64,000 nt of DNA from Candidatus Kapaibacterium sp. (GCA_004292595.1 RDXM01000119.1:1270-65269); one strand, 5' to 3'. Shown: positions 7,899-17,970, counted from the first letter of the stretch. Program-made: numbers and translations. The notes: generated from the letters alone by a model not told the origin.

Positions 7899-9290
7899 TC
7901 AATCCTTATTTCTTGGTGGTTCCGCTCGCCAAAGAAGCGAGGAATCTCCATAGCTCAAAAAGCGATACTCATTGGAAAGTGCTGCCTCGTACACGCTGCG
8001 CCACGCAGAAGAATGTGTGCCTGATGGCGATGGCGAATGCTGTAAAAATGCTGCAACAAGAAGCATCAGCGTACTTTGCGGCTGATGAAAGTTCGTGATA
8101 AGTCCATGACAAATTTTGAAGGAATATCCAGGCGCAATCATAATCTGTGTGCTGCCGGTGAGCGTTTCCAAGTTGTGTTCCTGCATCCAGTCCAGAAGCC
8201 GCTTCATTGCTTGCGATGGCGTTGGTAGTTCTTCAAAACGGGTATCCAATTCTCCCGAAAAGCCGTCCCATTGCCGCACGGAAAGTTCGTATGTGCTTGT
8301 TAATGAAAAACACTGCAACGCCCACCAATACAGGGATTCCAGTGTTCGCATGGAGGTTGTTCCAACAGCGACGACGGGCGCGTCGCCTGTCTGCTCATGG
8401 CGTTCAAGTTGCATGGCAAGGGCAGCAACGGTGCTGCGTTGCACGAAAATGCGCTCTTCGTGCATTTCATGGTCGGCAATTTTTTCGCTTGTCATCGGCT
8501 TGAACGTTCCCGCGCCAACGTGCAAGGTTACGCGCTCTTTCCGAATACCTTTTGCCTGAAGTTCTTGCAGGACGCGGCTTGTGAAGTGCAGCCCAGCCGT
8601 AGGCGCAGCAACCGAGCCATCGTGCGCGGCATAGACGGTTTGGTAGCGTTCTTTGTCGCTTTCTTCGTCGCTGCGTTTCAAGTATGGTGGCAGAGGAACG
8701 TGTCCCACAAAGGCTAAACACTCTGCAAAGCTCATATTTGCTGGTGTCCAGCGAAATTCGATGTCTGCTTCTTGTCCTGCTTTGCGCATAATCACGGCTT
8801 CCATACGCAAGGCGCGTGGCTGTTTGCTTGGCAGCGACATTTCCAGAAACAGCGTATCGCCCGCTTGAATCCTGCGCCCGCCGACCATGCAGCACCATTG
8901 CACGGAGCCTTCTTGCTGAAAAGCGCGAATGTAATTGGGCGATTCGTGCGGAACAATGGAAATAGGCTGCAAGCACAGCACTTCTGCGCGTCCGCCAGAG
9001 AGCTTGTTCATTTCAATTCGCGCCGCAATCACGCGGCTGTCGTTCATCACAAGCAACGCAGAATCGGGCAATTCTTCAACAATATTGTGAAAATGCCGAT
9101 GGCGAATTGCTCCGCTCATGTTCGTATTGGTGCTACCTCCACGCATATCGGCAATAAGCAGCTTGCTTGCATCGCGCTCCGAGAGAGGATAAGCAGCGAT
9201 GCGACTTTCGGGCAATTCGTAGGCGTAATCTTCCGAGCGAATATCAGGCGGAATAAAACGCAATAATGATGAAATTTTTTGCACAGGCAC
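7899..9290 (-). CDS. queA: S-adenosylmethionine:tRNA ribosyltransferase-isomerase (enlarged, 463 aa)
   Basis: VPLPPYLKR, HVGAGTFKP, GTTSMRTLES, TNFHQPQSTLMLLV and YRFLSYGD motifs. Confidence 0.9.
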   Translation of the reverse strand: MPVQKISSLLRFIPPDIRSEDYAYELPESRIAAYPLSERDASKLLIADMRGGSTNTNMSGAIRHRHFHNIVEELPDSALLVMNDSRVIAARIEMNKLSGGRAEVLCLQPISIVPHESPNYIRAFQQEGSVQWCCMVGGRRIQAGDTLFLEMSLPSKQPRALRMEAVIMRKAGQEADIEFRWTPANMSFAECLAFVGHVPLPPYLKRSDEESDKERYQTVYAAHDGSVAAPTAGLHFTSRVLQELQAKGIRKERVTLHVGAGTFKPMTSEKIADHEMHEERIFVQRSTVAALAMQLERHEQTGDAPVVAVGTTSMRTLESLYWWALQCFSLTSTYELSVRQWDGFSGELDTRFEELPTPSQAMKRLLDWMQEHNLETLTGSTQIMIAPGYSFKICHGLITNFHQPQSTLMLLVAAFLQHSPSPSGTHSSAWRSVYEAALSNEYRFLSYGDSSLLWRAEPPRNKD

Positions 9291-9327
9291 AGCAAATAAA
9301 ATGAAGAGAGGACGTGAAAATCTGAAT

Positions 9328-9362
9328 AGAAAAAACGCGATGAAAGCAAGGTTTCATCGCGT
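9328..9362 (-). terminator. intrinsic terminator downstream of rplT
   Basis: Perfect 11-bp stem ACGCGATGAAA (9335-9345) / TTTCATCGCGT (9352-9362). A T-run follows on the minus strand. Confidence 0.65.
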
Positions 9363-9460
9363 TTGTAAGTGTCGTTGTTGTGAGGAAAGGAAGAGAATAC
9401 GTGCGATAATGATAGAGCTTTGAACCTTTTTCCTTTTGCCCTTATCCCTTTGCCTTGCTC

Positions 9461-9808
9461 TTAGCCTTTCGCCATTTCCACAACTTTTGCAAATGCTGCG
9501 GGTTCGTTCATTGCAAGGTCGGCGAGCATTTTGCGGTCAATTTCGATATTTTTCTGCGTCAGAAGGTGCATGAGTTTCGAGTAGCTCAGACCATTCAAGC
9601 GAGCAGCCGCATTGATACGGGTAATCCAAAGGCTGCGGAATTCGCGTTTTTTCGCTTTACGGTCGCGGTAGGCATACTGCCAGCCTTTTTCGATGTGGTG
9701 CTTAGCAATCGTCCAGACTTTACTGCGTGCACCCCAGTATCCTTTTGCGTGTTTGAGCATCTTTCTGCGGCGTTCGCGCGATGCTACTTTATTTTTTGAA
9801 CGTGGCAT
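9461..9808 (-). CDS. rplT: 50S ribosomal protein L20
   Basis: [30 protein letters not shown] is canonical L20. Confidence 0.95.
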   Translation of the reverse strand: MPRSKNKVASRERRRKMLKHAKGYWGARSKVWTIAKHHIEKGWQYAYRDRKAKKREFRSLWITRINAAARLNGLSYSKLMHLLTQKNIEIDRKMLADLAMNEPAAFAKVVEMAKG

Positions 9809-9989
9809 TGTTCAATCTTCCTGAAAATGAAATGTTGGAAAGGCAGTGTTGGAGTTTTGAGCGAGCATCATTTTATTGGTAAAATACTGCTACTCAACAT
9901 TTAGCTTGGCACTACAACACTGTGTTGCCGCCTGAAGGTGGCGTAGTATCTTGATTCTCTATCTTTCGCAGCGTAAAGGCTTAGAGAAA

Positions 9990-10184
9990 TTAGAGATTCA
10001 AAAGATACTTGATATTCGCCATATCGCTCTCTGCAACAAGTGCAGATTGACCCAAGCGACGACGGCGTGTCGCGCTTTTGCCCATGAGGATATGACGATG
10101 AAAAGCGCGTTTACGCTTGATTCTACCAGAACCAGTAACGCTGAAGCGTTTTTTTGCGGCGCTATTCGTTTTAATCTTTGGCAT
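9990..10184 (-). CDS. rpmI: 50S ribosomal protein L35
   Basis: The internal ATG at 10184 gives MPKIKTNSAAKKRFSVTGSGRIKRKRAFHRHIL (64 aa). The upstream part of the tracked ORF is non-coding leader. Confidence 0.9.
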   Translation of the reverse strand: MPKIKTNSAAKKRFSVTGSGRIKRKRAFHRHILMGKSATRRRRLGQSALVAESDMANIKYLLNL

Positions 10185-10243
10185 GATGACGAAGAAGTGA
10201 GTATTAAAAAGAAACGTGGTTTTGACAACTACATTTAGAAGAA

Positions 10244-10271
10244 GTGCTAAGTTTTGAGTGCTAAGTTTTGA
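10244..10271. repeat. tandem repeat, 2 x 14 bp (GTGCTAAGTTTTGA), in the infC-rpmI spacer
   Basis: Read directly from the sequence. Confidence 0.85.
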
Positions 10272-10303
10272 ATTGCTTGGCACATAAACTGTCCATCTTA
10301 GTC

Positions 10304-10867
10304 TTAGTTTTTTGCTGCTGTGGGAGCTGCTCCAGTGGTCGGTACTTTCTTTTCTGGCGTGAGAATTACCGTACAGTTGTTGCCTTCCATTTTAATTTCT
10401 TGGTCAAGTTTAGAAACGTCTGCAAGTGCAGCAACGAAGCGTTTGAGCATCTCAATACCGAGCGCGGAGTGGACAATTTCTCTGCCGCGAAAGAAGACGC
10501 TTGCTTTTACTTTATCACCATCAAGCAAGAATTCGCGGGCGTGGCGGGTTTTAAAGTCGAAATCGTGCGTGTCGGTGGCAGCTTTGAAGCGGATTTCTTT
10601 CAGTTGTTGCTGATGCTGATTTTTCTTCTGCAACTTCTCGCGTTTTTGCTGCTCGTAACGGTATTTTCCCAAATCAATAATTTTACACACCGGCGGCTCT
10701 GCCTTCGGCGCGATTTCGATGAGGTCAATACCTTGGTCAAGTGCAATACGCATCGCTTCTTGCGGCGACATAATGCCCAACATTTGCCCGTCTTCGTCCA
10801 CAACACGGAGCTTCGGTGCATCAATTTCTTCGTTCACACGAACATTTAAGTCGTGTTTTTTGTTCAT
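10304..10867 (-). CDS. infC: translation initiation factor IF-3
   Basis: VRVNEEIDAPKLRVVDEDGQMLGIM...PPVCKIIDLGKYRYEQ. The start is taken at the MNKKHD ATG; the true start could be non-canonical, as is common for infC. Confidence 0.9.
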   Translation of the reverse strand: MNKKHDLNVRVNEEIDAPKLRVVDEDGQMLGIMSPQEAMRIALDQGIDLIEIAPKAEPPVCKIIDLGKYRYEQQKREKLQKKNQHQQQLKEIRFKAATDTHDFDFKTRHAREFLLDGDKVKASVFFRGREIVHSALGIEMLKRFVAALADVSKLDQEIKMEGNNCTVILTPEKKVPTTGAAPTAAKN

Positions 10868-11033
10868 CGGCGGTCGCCGTGTGCTTCTAAATTTACCCAA
10901 GTACAATCTGCTCGATAATGAAAAAACATTGGTTTAGGAACTTTTTTGACAAGCCCCAAATATCGGAGTTTTTTATGAATTTTTCAAACATTTTTTCTAA
11001 GAAATCTGTAATTTTGTGGAGTGTTACACGAAA

Positions 11034-11066
11034 CATTTTTGAGAAGCATTTTTGAGAAGCATTTTC
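11034..11066. repeat. tandem repeat, about 2.5 x 13 bp (CATTTTTGAGAAG), in the lysS leader
   Basis: Read directly from the sequence. Confidence 0.8.
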
Positions 11067-11119
11067 AACAAACTACTTTGTCACGCAAAGAACCATCATC
11101 TTTCCTATTTTCCCACAGT

Positions 11120-12619
11120 ATGCCACACGAACTCAACGACCTCGAACGCCGCCGCCGCGAAGAACTCCAGCATTTGCGCGAACTCGGTGTAAATCCATAT
11201 CCATATTCTTTCGACAAAACCCACGATTCCACCGCTATTCTCAGCACGTTTACTGATGAAACGGCGGAGAATTTTAAGAATATTGCCGTCGCAGGGCGTA
11301 TTATGGCGATTCGGCGCATGGGAAAGGCGAGTTTTTGCCACATTCAGGACGCACAAGGTCGTATTCAGGTCTATTTGCGCACGGGCGATATTCCAAACTA
11401 TGATGATTTCAAGCTCTACGACATTGGCGATATTGTTGGCGTGAAGGGCTATGTTTTTCGCACGAAAGTTGGCGAAATCAGCGTTCATGCGACGGAATTA
11501 ACAATGCTCTGTAAATCGCTTTCGCCCATTCCGATTGCCAAAGAAGTGGAAGATGAAGCGGGCAATAAAATTATGTACGATGCCTTTCAAGACAAAGAAC
11601 TACGCTACCGCCAGCGTTACACCGACCTTGTTGTAAATCCCCACGTGCGCGAGGTGTTTGTCAAGCGAAGCCGCATCATTTCGACCATGCGCCGCTATTT
11701 CGATGAGCGCGGCTGGCTGGAAGTGGAAACGCCCGCCTTGCAACCCTTGTACGGAGGCGCGTCGGCGCGTCCTTTCATCACGCATCACAACACGCTCGAC
11801 ATGGAATTGTACTTGCGTATTGCGAATGAACTCTACCTCAAACGCCTGATTGTCGGCGGCTTCGAGGGCGTGTACGAGATTTGCAAAGATTTCCGCAACG
11901 AAGGCATGGACAGGACGCACAATCCTGAATTTACCATGATGGAAATTTACGTTGCCTACAAGGACGTGTATTGGATGATGGAAATGGTCGAAACCCTGCT
12001 TGAAACCATTACGCGCGAGGTGCATGGCGGAACGGAAATCACCGTCGGCGAGCATCAAATTTCAATGAAAGCTCCGTTTCGCCGTGTAACGATGTTGGAT
12101 GCAATCAAAGAGCATACAGGCAAGGATTTACGCGGGGTTTCGCTGGAAGAAGCAAAAGCGATTGCGAAAGAACTGCACGTGGAAATTGACGGCAAAACCA
12201 GTGTTGGTGCGATTATTGGCGAAATTTTTGGCACAAAAGCTGAACCGCACCTCATTCAACCAACCTACGTGATTGACCACCCGCTTGAAGTCTCGCCGCT
12301 TGCGAAAATTCACCGCTCCGAAGCAGGCGTTACCGAGCGTTTCGAGCTGTTCATCAATGGCGCGGAGTTTGGCAATGCGTACTCGGAGTTGAACGACCCC
12401 ATTGACCAACGCGAGCGTTTGGAAGCGCAATCGCGCCAACGCGCTGGCGGCGACGAAGAAGCAATGACGCTGGATGAGGACTTCTTGCACGCGCTGGAAA
12501 TCGGAATGCCGCCCACAGCAGGACTTGGCATCGGTATTGACCGCCTCGTGATGTTACTCACGAACCAAGATTCTATCCGCGATGTACTGTTCTTCCCGCA
12601 AATGCGGCGTTTAGAATAA
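11120..12619 (+). CDS. lysS: lysine--tRNA ligase (class II)
   Basis: [28 protein letters not shown] and [11 protein letters not shown] motifs. The ATG at 11120 ([12 protein letters not shown]) is preferred over the GTG at 11021. Confidence 0.93.
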   Translation: MPHELNDLERRRREELQHLRELGVNPYPYSFDKTHDSTAILSTFTDETAENFKNIAVAGRIMAIRRMGKASFCHIQDAQGRIQVYLRTGDIPNYDDFKLYDIGDIVGVKGYVFRTKVGEISVHATELTMLCKSLSPIPIAKEVEDEAGNKIMYDAFQDKELRYRQRYTDLVVNPHVREVFVKRSRIISTMRRYFDERGWLEVETPALQPLYGGASARPFITHHNTLDMELYLRIANELYLKRLIVGGFEGVYEICKDFRNEGMDRTHNPEFTMMEIYVAYKDVYWMMEMVETLLETITREVHGGTEITVGEHQISMKAPFRRVTMLDAIKEHTGKDLRGVSLEEAKAIAKELHVEIDGKTSVGAIIGEIFGTKAEPHLIQPTYVIDHPLEVSPLAKIHRSEAGVTERFELFINGAEFGNAYSELNDPIDQRERLEAQSRQRAGGDEEAMTLDEDFLHALEIGMPPTAGLGIGIDRLVMLLTNQDSIRDVLFFPQMRRLE

Positions 12620-14254
12620 TTATTTTGTTTGATACAGCGTTTGAAAAGCTGACTCGTACTTATCGCCCGCGAACCAACGCGGACGCTCTTGGGCATCAGC
12701 AATGAGGCGGCTTACGCTCAGATAGGCATTGACAAAGCGGGTGAAATAGCCAAAATTAAAATCTTCGCCCGCTTCGTCGCCGAGTTGATGATAGTACTTG
12801 AAAATATCGGCATCGAAGGCTTTTAAGCCGGGCGCGAAGGTTGGTGCGGGAATGCCTTTTGCGGCGAAACTCACATTGTCCGAGCGGTCAAATAAATTCT
12901 GCTCTGGTGCGGGGTCTGCCGTTGCACGAAGCCCGATTTTTTGCGCTCCTGCTTCAATCAAACCACGCGCTGTTGTGCGCTCTAGCCCGATAATCGTTAC
13001 AGCAGTTGTATCGTTAAACCCTGCCCCGTCGATATTCAAATTGTACACGGCTTTGTTGAGGGGCAAAAGTGGATTCTCTGCATAATAACGGCTTCCGAGC
13101 AAGCCCATTTCTTCGCCCGTAAAGGCAAGCAGCAGCAAGGAACGGCGTGGCGGCTTGGCAGCAAAGGCTTTTGCAGCAGCAAGAATTGCGCTTGTTCCCA
13201 TTGCATTATCGCGTGCGCCATTGAAGATGCTATCTTTTTGTCCTGTGCCGCTCACCGAGCCAATGTGGTCGTAATGTGCCGATACAATCACATATTCCTG
13301 CGCAAGTGCCGTATCTGCGCCCTGAATCATACCCGCCACGTTTTGCGAATACACTGCCTCAATCTTCATGCCCGCAGTATTGATGACGGCTGCGAGCGGT
13401 TTTTTTGTTGTGGCAATCGCCTCGCATTGCACGGTAAAGCGTTTGTCGAAATCTTTGACAAAAAAGTACGGCATGGTAGATTTGGTGCGGTTGTCGGGGA
13501 TTTGCAGCAGTGGACGCTTGGTAAATTCGTTCAACTGCGCCCAGAGCGGTGGTGCCGGAAGGTTCATCAGTTCGATGAATGCCAGTGCGCCGCGTGATTG
13601 CGCCATTTCGCGCTTGCGCCGCGAAAAGCTGAGTGCTTCACGGGCTTTCGTACTGTCGGTCGCGCCAATTTTCGCAACAACAATTTTTCCACGCACATCC
13701 ACGCCTGCGCTTGCATAGTCATCACGCTTTGCGGCGGAATCAACAATACCAAAGCCTACATAGACGACATCAGCATTTGCGCTCAGAGCCTCTCCTGCGG
13801 TCATCAGCGCATCAGTGCCGACACGCAGGGTATCTTTGCCCAAGGTCAATACAAACACGCTCGGCGGCGTTGTACGGCGAAATTCTATCGGCTGCAGATA
13901 TGTGGTTTGCGCAGGAAGCATTTTCACACCACAGGCTTTGAACGTGTTGGCAATGTATTCTGCGGCTTCGTTGTTGCCCGCTTCGCCGGTCATGCGTCCT
14001 TTGAGCTTATCGGACGCAAGAAATTGCAAATGCGCTTTGCATTCTTGTTCGCTGGCAAGCGGGTCGGGTGGCGTGGCGCGTGGCGGAGTGCTTGGCATCG
14101 CTTTGGTTGCTGCTTGCGAAGCAGCTGCGGTGCTTGGTTTGGGAGCATTTGGAGCATTTGCTTTCTTCTGAGAAAATGCGTTTGCGCCTGAAAGTGCCAT
14201 TACACCAAGCGTTGCGGCGATAAATGTGTATTGTGGGAGTTGAAAATGCTTCAT
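12620..14254 (-). CDS. M28 family aminopeptidase with PA domain, secreted
   Basis: Signal peptide, then SAHYDHIGS, DNAMGTSAILAAAKAF and FTGEEMGLLGS motifs. Confidence 0.85.
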   Translation of the reverse strand: MKHFQLPQYTFIAATLGVMALSGANAFSQKKANAPNAPKPSTAAASQAATKAMPSTPPRATPPDPLASEQECKAHLQFLASDKLKGRMTGEAGNNEAAEYIANTFKACGVKMLPAQTTYLQPIEFRRTTPPSVFVLTLGKDTLRVGTDALMTAGEALSANADVVYVGFGIVDSAAKRDDYASAGVDVRGKIVVAKIGATDSTKAREALSFSRRKREMAQSRGALAFIELMNLPAPPLWAQLNEFTKRPLLQIPDNRTKSTMPYFFVKDFDKRFTVQCEAIATTKKPLAAVINTAGMKIEAVYSQNVAGMIQGADTALAQEYVIVSAHYDHIGSVSGTGQKDSIFNGARDNAMGTSAILAAAKAFAAKPPRRSLLLLAFTGEEMGLLGSRYYAENPLLPLNKAVYNLNIDGAGFNDTTAVTIIGLERTTARGLIEAGAQKIGLRATADPAPEQNLFDRSDNVSFAAKGIPAPTFAPGLKAFDADIFKYYHQLGDEAGEDFNFGYFTRFVNAYLSVSRLIADAQERPRWFAGDKYESAFQTLYQTK

Positions 14255-14330
14255 GGAATGTGCGAAAAAATTGTAAAAATGCTCCAGTATTCAAACCGAT
14301 ATAGGACTTTCGCAAAATGTGTTTTTGAAG

Positions 14331-14408
14331 CTCACAGACAGGAATGTCTGTGCCACCAAAGCCAGTATCTATCAGTTTTGTAGTGGCACAGGCATTCTTG
14401 CCTGTGAG
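14331..14408. repeat. family A modules in swapped order (A-3)
   Basis: The right-end module CACAGACAGGAATGTCTGTGCCAC precedes the left-end module AGTGGCACAGGCATTCTTGCCTGTG, separated by a 15-nt spacer. Confidence 0.75.
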
Positions 14409-14581
14409 GTTTGCGAACGTCATATGATATATTCAAACCGATATATTCAAACCGAAGCGAGACTCTCACGACAAAAGCAAGAGCCTCGCATACACGACAA
14501 AAGCAAGGTACAAAAAGGTACAACGTAGCGTAGCTTGCAGCCTCGAACCTTCATTTCTCAGCCCTCAACCTTCATCCTTCC

Positions 14582-15622
14582 CTAGTAGTTTTCTCCTGCT
14601 GGAAGCGGCGTAATTCCCACCCAGCCTTTTTCGGCGAGCTTTTCTGCAATTTGCACTGCGTTTGTTGCTGCGCCTTTGCGAATATTGTCCGATACCACCC
14701 ACAAATACGCACCATTCTCGACGGAATCATCTGTACGGATGCGCCCAACAAAGACTTCATCGCGTCCATCGCTTTTTTGCGGTGTTGGATAGAGGGCGTT
14801 CTGCGGTTCGTCGTGGACAATTACTCCTGGAGCGGCTTTCAGAGCGTTGGTCATTGCTTCGGGTGAAAGTGCTTTTTCCGTTTCGATGTTCACTGATTCC
14901 GCATGACCGCCCAGCGTTGGGACGCGCACACAGGTTACGGCAAGTTTCAGGCTTGGCAATTCCATGATTTTCCGAATTTCGTTCAGCATTTTCGTTTCTT
15001 CTTCGGAAAAACCGTATTGCTCTTTGATGGTGTGAAACACGGTATTGAACGCCATTGGTGCGGAAAACGGTGATGCAATTTTTTCACCTCTCAATTCCGC
15101 TCGCAGCACCTCCACGCCTTGATTGCCCGCGCCGCTTGGCGACTGATACGTGGAAACAACAACACGCTTCAAGCCAAACGCCTCGTGGAGCGGTTTCAAG
15201 GCAACAACGAGCTGAATTGTGGAGCAATTTGGATTTGCAATGATGCCATGATGCCCCTGAAGGGCGTGGGGATTGACTTCTGGCACACCAAGCGGCACAT
15301 TTTTGTTCATGCGCCATGCGCTGCTGTTGTCAATCGCCACACAGCCTGCTTTTGCGGCGGAGGGCGCAAATTCTTTGCTCGCCGCGCCGCCAGCCGAGAA
15401 GAGCGCAATATCCACGCCTTGGAAAGAATCGTGGGTAAGTTCTTCAACGGTATAGGTCGTGCCTTTGAAGGTCATGGTTGTGCCGGCAGACCGCTTAGAA
15501 GCAAGAAGTTTGAGGCTTTTGATGGGGAAATTGCGTTCTTCCAGAACCTTGAGCATCGTGCGCCCAACAAGCCCTGTTGCGCCCGCAACGGCAACAACAT
15601 ATTCAGATGATGCTTGACTCAT
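14582..15622 (-). CDS. asd: aspartate-semialdehyde dehydrogenase
   Basis: VAVAGATGLVGRTM Rossmann N-terminus and the NPNCSTIQ active-site Cys motif. ATG at 15622. Confidence 0.92.
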   Translation of the reverse strand: MSQASSEYVVAVAGATGLVGRTMLKVLEERNFPIKSLKLLASKRSAGTTMTFKGTTYTVEELTHDSFQGVDIALFSAGGAASKEFAPSAAKAGCVAIDNSSAWRMNKNVPLGVPEVNPHALQGHHGIIANPNCSTIQLVVALKPLHEAFGLKRVVVSTYQSPSGAGNQGVEVLRAELRGEKIASPFSAPMAFNTVFHTIKEQYGFSEEETKMLNEIRKIMELPSLKLAVTCVRVPTLGGHAESVNIETEKALSPEAMTNALKAAPGVIVHDEPQNALYPTPQKSDGRDEVFVGRIRTDDSVENGAYLWVVSDNIRKGAATNAVQIAEKLAEKGWVGITPLPAGENY

Positions 15623-15850
15623 AACAAGAAAAAAATGTGTAAAAAAGTCTTGCAGTGGTGAAGCATTGAGGCTACACGGCATAGCAAGACTCGGAAAATT
15701 TCTATAAAAAAGTGTGTATTCTTTTCACAAATGTAGGAAATCTGCGTGTGCAATAAAACGAAAATCCGTGAAAACTTCGCTTGGGAAGCATATATTGAAA
15801 AAAATAGACCAACGTTTCTTCGCAATGGCAAGTACGAGAATCATTTTACC

Positions 15851-15906
15851 ATCAAGTGTTTATCATCAAGTGTTTATCATCAAGTGTTTATCATCAAGTG
15901 TTTATG
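15851..15906 (+). repeat. 4 x 14-bp perfect tandem repeat (ATCAAGTGTTTATC) ending in the kinase start codon
   Basis: Read directly. The last unit reads ATCAAGTGTTTATG, and its ATG (15904) starts the MQFPLSQRFF... kinase. Confidence 0.9.
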
Positions 15907-17970
15907 CAATTTCCACTCTCACAACGCTTTTTCCTTTGGGCATTTGCTTTGTCGCTTATTGCGGTGACGACGGTGTCGCTGTGGTACGACCGCAAAGCCG
16001 AAGCAGCTATCGTGCAACGCACGTTTGACCAGCTTGCATCGGTGCGGGCATTGAAAAAAAGTAAGGTGAAGGATTACCTTCATTCCGTGCGCACCATGCT
16101 TTCTGTGGTAGCGGCACATCCAGCAACTATTCCGACAACAGCACGAGAAATGCAAACGAAATACGGCATTCAGGATGTGTATGTGGTCGCGCCGACGGGA
16201 GAAATCCTTTCTACTTTTCAGAATTCTTCCCCTCGCACCAATTCTTTGCCAGCACGTGTTTCTGCGACATTCCAAGCAATACAGAGGCAAGCTACGCTGG
16301 CGCAACAACAAAAAATATATTTCACGGATATTGTACAAGAACAAGGAACGCAGGATATATGCGCTTTTGGAATAGTGCGGATAGATTCGCTTGCTGCTGC
16401 AAGCGTCGCAGACGATGCAGGGCAAACCGTCGTGAAGGCTGATATTCCCTTGCGTGAGGGGAATTTTATCTTCGCCAAAATATCGGCACACACTATAAAC
16501 CAAATCATGTTGGAGAATGAGGGTTTTGGTGCAACGGGGGAAAGTTATTTGGTGGGTGAGGACAGCCTCATGCGCACAGAGTCGCGCTTTTTTGCCAAGA
16601 TATCAACGCTCCAGCGTCCTGTCCGCACCGAGCCGCTTCGCCGTGCTTTTGCTAATGAAACAGGATTTGCCGTTGCACTAGACTATCGTAATGTCGAGGT
16701 TTTAAGCGCATTCACAGTGATTTCTGTCGAGCAAGTGCGGTGGGCATTGCTTGTGGAGCTAGATGTTGCCGAGATTACCAGCCCAATCAATGAAACACGG
16801 CGCGAAATCGCATTTCTGGGCTTGAGCATAACGATTGTTCTTGCGGCTCTCAGTTGGTATGGTGCGCGGCGGTTCTCGCGCCCAATCGTGCAGTTGCAGG
16901 AGCAATTATCCGCTCTGGCGCAGGAAGGGCATTTACCCGAACAACCGCTTGTCATGCGGCGTTCCGATGAAATTGGCGCAATGGTTCAAGAATTGAATAG
17001 CATGATTTCTTCCCTGCGCCAAGCAAGCTACTTTGCGAAGGATATTGGTGCGGGCAGATTTGATACCGTCTTCACACCACGTAGCCCTCACGATGTCTTG
17101 GTCATTGCACTCAATGATATGAAAAGAGAATTTCAGAAACTTCTCGCTGAACGCCAAACACAAGCCTTACAGCGCACACGAGCTTTGGTCGAAGGCGAAG
17201 AACGAGAACGTTTGCGCATTTCGCGAGATGTTCACGATGGTGTGGGGCAGATTTTGAGTGCCTTGCGCTTCAATTTGAAGCGCATCCCCGACGAGCAACT
17301 ACGCAGCGAAGCGATTGATTTAGCTGATGATGCAATTTCGGAAGTACGCGCAATTTCCCACAATCTCATGCCTGCTGTCCTTGTGGATTTTGGTATTGTG
17401 GCAGCATTAGAACAGATGTGCAGAAAAATTTCCGAGCGAACCCACGTGCGCATTGAGCGAGATATTCTCACGCTTGCAGAGCTACCAGAACGCTTGGAAT
17501 CAGCAAAAGAAATCGCACTGTATCGTATTGCGCAGGAAGCTCTCAATAACGCTTTGCGCTATGCCGATGCCACAATGATACAGCTCGTTTTTCGTCTGAA
17601 ATCGGGGGAGTCGCATAATGAAGAACACTCTGAAGAACACTCTGAAAAACACTCCGAAGAACACTCTGAAGAACACTCTCCACAAAGCGTCGTCGTGCTG
17701 TGCATTCAGGACAATGGCAAGGGGTTTGATGTTGCACAAACCGTTGATGGAAATGGGATAGTGAATATGCGTGAACGTGCCGCACTCTTTAGTGCAACCT
17801 TGCGACTTCGCTCTGCAATCGGCACAGGAACACGTATTGAGTTGGAAATGCCGATTACATTGAGCAAGGATACAATTGCCGATTACATTGAGCAAGGATA
17901 CAATGCACGATGTTACATGAGAATTATTCTTCACAAAAAAGCCCGCAAGCCATATGAATACTATTGCTGA
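15904..17970 (+). CDS. sensor histidine kinase (extracytoplasmic sensor domain, HAMP, HisKA_3, HATPase_c)
   Basis: Two TM helices flank a periplasmic domain of about 280 aa. H-box RISRDVHDGVGQ, N-box EALNNALRYA, G-box DNGKGF. It overlaps the downstream response regulator by 17 nt. Confidence 0.85.
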   Translation: MQFPLSQRFFLWAFALSLIAVTTVSLWYDRKAEAAIVQRTFDQLASVRALKKSKVKDYLHSVRTMLSVVAAHPATIPTTAREMQTKYGIQDVYVVAPTGEILSTFQNSSPRTNSLPARVSATFQAIQRQATLAQQQKIYFTDIVQEQGTQDICAFGIVRIDSLAAASVADDAGQTVVKADIPLREGNFIFAKISAHTINQIMLENEGFGATGESYLVGEDSLMRTESRFFAKISTLQRPVRTEPLRRAFANETGFAVALDYRNVEVLSAFTVISVEQVRWALLVELDVAEITSPINETRREIAFLGLSITIVLAALSWYGARRFSRPIVQLQEQLSALAQEGHLPEQPLVMRRSDEIGAMVQELNSMISSLRQASYFAKDIGAGRFDTVFTPRSPHDVLVIALNDMKREFQKLLAERQTQALQRTRALVEGEERERLRISRDVHDGVGQILSALRFNLKRIPDEQLRSEAIDLADDAISEVRAISHNLMPAVLVDFGIVAALEQMCRKISERTHVRIERDILTLAELPERLESAKEIALYRIAQEALNNALRYADATMIQLVFRLKSGESHNEEHSEEHSEKHSEEHSEEHSPQSVVVLCIQDNGKGFDVAQTVDGNGIVNMRERAALFSATLRLRSAIGTGTRIELEMPITLSKDTIADYIEQGYNARCYMRIILHKKARKPYEYYC
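17620..17679 (+). repeat. 5 x 12-bp in-frame tandem repeat (GAAGAACACTCT) encoding (EEHS)n
   Basis: Read directly. It lies between the N-box and G1-box of the kinase ATPase domain. Confidence 0.9.

Noticed and set aside
11021-11119. N-terminal extensions in the tracked ORFs of lysS, asd (to 15682), rpmI (to 10283), yajC (to 34334), phoU (to 37458), sufE (to 31931), the DUF2795 gene (to 29248) and HIT (to 47085)
   Set aside because: In each case the conserved family N-terminus begins at an internal ATG. The upstream part runs through repeats or leader sequence.
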